Shown: positions 58,506 through 59,284 of the stretch, piece by piece
Layout: the number at the start of each line of letters is the position of its first letter
Numbering within the stretch: the first letter of the stretch is position 1
Source: an uncultured virus (IMG/VR IMGVR_UViG_3300042291_002144)
Taxonomy: Duplodnaviria; Heunggongvirae; Uroviricota; Caudoviricetes
Virus record (IMG/VR): IMGVR_UViG_3300042291_002144
DNA: 59,284 nt
Strand: one strand, 5' to 3'
Made by a program: the position numbers and the translations under genes
Notes under the pieces: model-generated
The model's database searches: none
What the model was told of the DNA's origin: nothing
Seen by the model: the letters and a program-made list of their open reading frames with translations, nothing else

Positions 58506-59027
58506 ATGAATCTTTTAGATTTTAATAATTGGAGTAGACTTACTGAGAATACTGAAGATTCCACTGATTATTCAAAAAATAATCTAGGTGTAATACATTA
58601 CAGAAACGGAGATCCGATTCCAGAAGTAAAAGATCCACTTGAATGGAGTAACTTAACAACTGGTGCGTACTGTCAGTATGACAATGATCTTACTGAAGGT
58701 ATATTATATAATTGGTATGCGGTTAATGACCCTAGGGGTCTTGCTCCTGCGGGTTGGAAAATTCCTACTATTGATGAACTAGAAAAAATAGATTTAACTA
58801 TTGGTCTTCCTGGCGGGTTCCGCTACTTCAATGGAAATTTCAACTACACTGGCTACTTCGGTTACTGGTGGAGTTCTACAGAGGACAATACTTACAGTGC
58901 TTGGTACCGCTCCCTGAACTCCACTAATGGCGATGCAGCCAGAAACAACACCAGTAAGGAAGTCGGCTTGTCTGTTAGGTGTATACTTGATTTTGATAGT
59001 CTTTCAAACTTATTATCAGATTTTTAA
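58506..59027 (+). CDS. FISUMP/Fib_succ_major (C-type lectin fold) domain protein, probable DGR target
   Basis: NL.V.HYRNGDPIP, W..LTTGAYC.Y, G.LYNWYAV.D.RGLAP.GW.IP, LPGG.R...G.F...G..G.WWSST, G.SVRC. Confidence 0.88.
   Translation: MNLLDFNNWSRLTENTEDSTDYSKNNLGVIHYRNGDPIPEVKDPLEWSNLTTGAYCQYDNDLTEGILYNWYAVNDPRGLAPAGWKIPTIDELEKIDLTIGLPGGFRYFNGNFNYTGYFGYWWSSTEDNTYSAWYRSLNSTNGDAARNNTSKEVGLSVRCILDFDSLSNLLSDF
58803..58982 (+). other. Putative DGR variable region (VR)
   Basis: Abrupt GC rise; variable positions use NNC/NNT codons (TTC, TAC, GAC, TCC, ACC, GCC, AAC) between fixed G/W/R codons, as expected from A-mutagenesis of AAC/AAT template codons. Confidence 0.7.
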
Positions 59028-59034
59028 TTAATAT

Positions 59035-59284
59035 ATGAAAAAGCCGAATCAAGATATACATGACTTTCTTAAACCTCAAAGAGGTAAAGTAAAGCAGGGA
59101 TACTTTACTCCACAATATCCAGAAAAATATACTGGTGATATAACTAAAATTATCTATCGATCTAGTTGGGAGCTTAAATTTTTAACATACTGTGATAATA
59201 CTGACGCCGTTATTGAGTATGCATCAGAGCCTACTGGGATAGGCTACTGGAACCCAATCCTAAAAAAGGAAAGTACTTATTGGG
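59035..59284 (+). CDS. gp4: Head completion nuclease (T4 gp4-like), 3' truncated by window edge
   Basis: MKKPNQ...QGYFTPQYPEKYTGD..KIIYRSSWELKFLTYCD....VIEYASEP. Confidence 0.85.
   Translation, partial: MKKPNQDIHDFLKPQRGKVKQGYFTPQYPEKYTGDITKIIYRSSWELKFLTYCDNTDAVIEYASEPTGIGYWNPILKKESTYW

Noticed and set aside
1..59284. Stop-codon reassignment (code 15 or 4), as seen in some large phages
   Set aside because: Conserved genes are full length in code 11, and both TAG (e.g. 20243, 49624) and TGA (e.g. 418, 57060) end genes at coupled boundaries.
59035..59284. TnsA-like transposase / Tn7 element
   Set aside because: The YxGD..I.YRSSWE motif and late-operon context fit T4 gp4 head completion nuclease; no transposon ends or TnsB/C seen.

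Overview
AT-rich segment of a large T4-like (myovirus, probably jumbo) phage genome read in standard code 11. A Bacteroidota host is inferred from A-rich, SD-less start regions, a FISUMP domain and GNVGIG fibre repeats. Replication/recombination genes: gp47/gp46, DinG-like helicase, two-subunit topo II, UvsY/UvsW, a stand-alone C-terminal half of PolB and primase. Nucleotide metabolism: a T4 gp42-like thymidylate-synthase-fold enzyme with the dCMP-type Asp, dCMP deaminase, dNMP kinase, HAD and PhoH. Virion genes: MCP, protease-scaffold fusion, tail tube, baseplate cluster, gp4 and a 2435-aa fibre. Most notable: (1) a proline-free Gly-X-Y (Ser/Thr) collagen-like fibre next to a GT4 + TibC/Aah-type iron-finger protein O-glycosyltransferase + methyltransferase fusion; (2) a DIP1984-like gene followed by a ~190-nt structured non-coding element in one promoter-terminator unit; (3) a DGR-type variable region with no RT or template in the window; (4) a glycosylase closely resembling metazoan NEIL1; (5) two promoter classes, a nested scaffold start and a family of T4-CTS-like N-termini. 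All family calls come from motif recognition by eye, not database searches.
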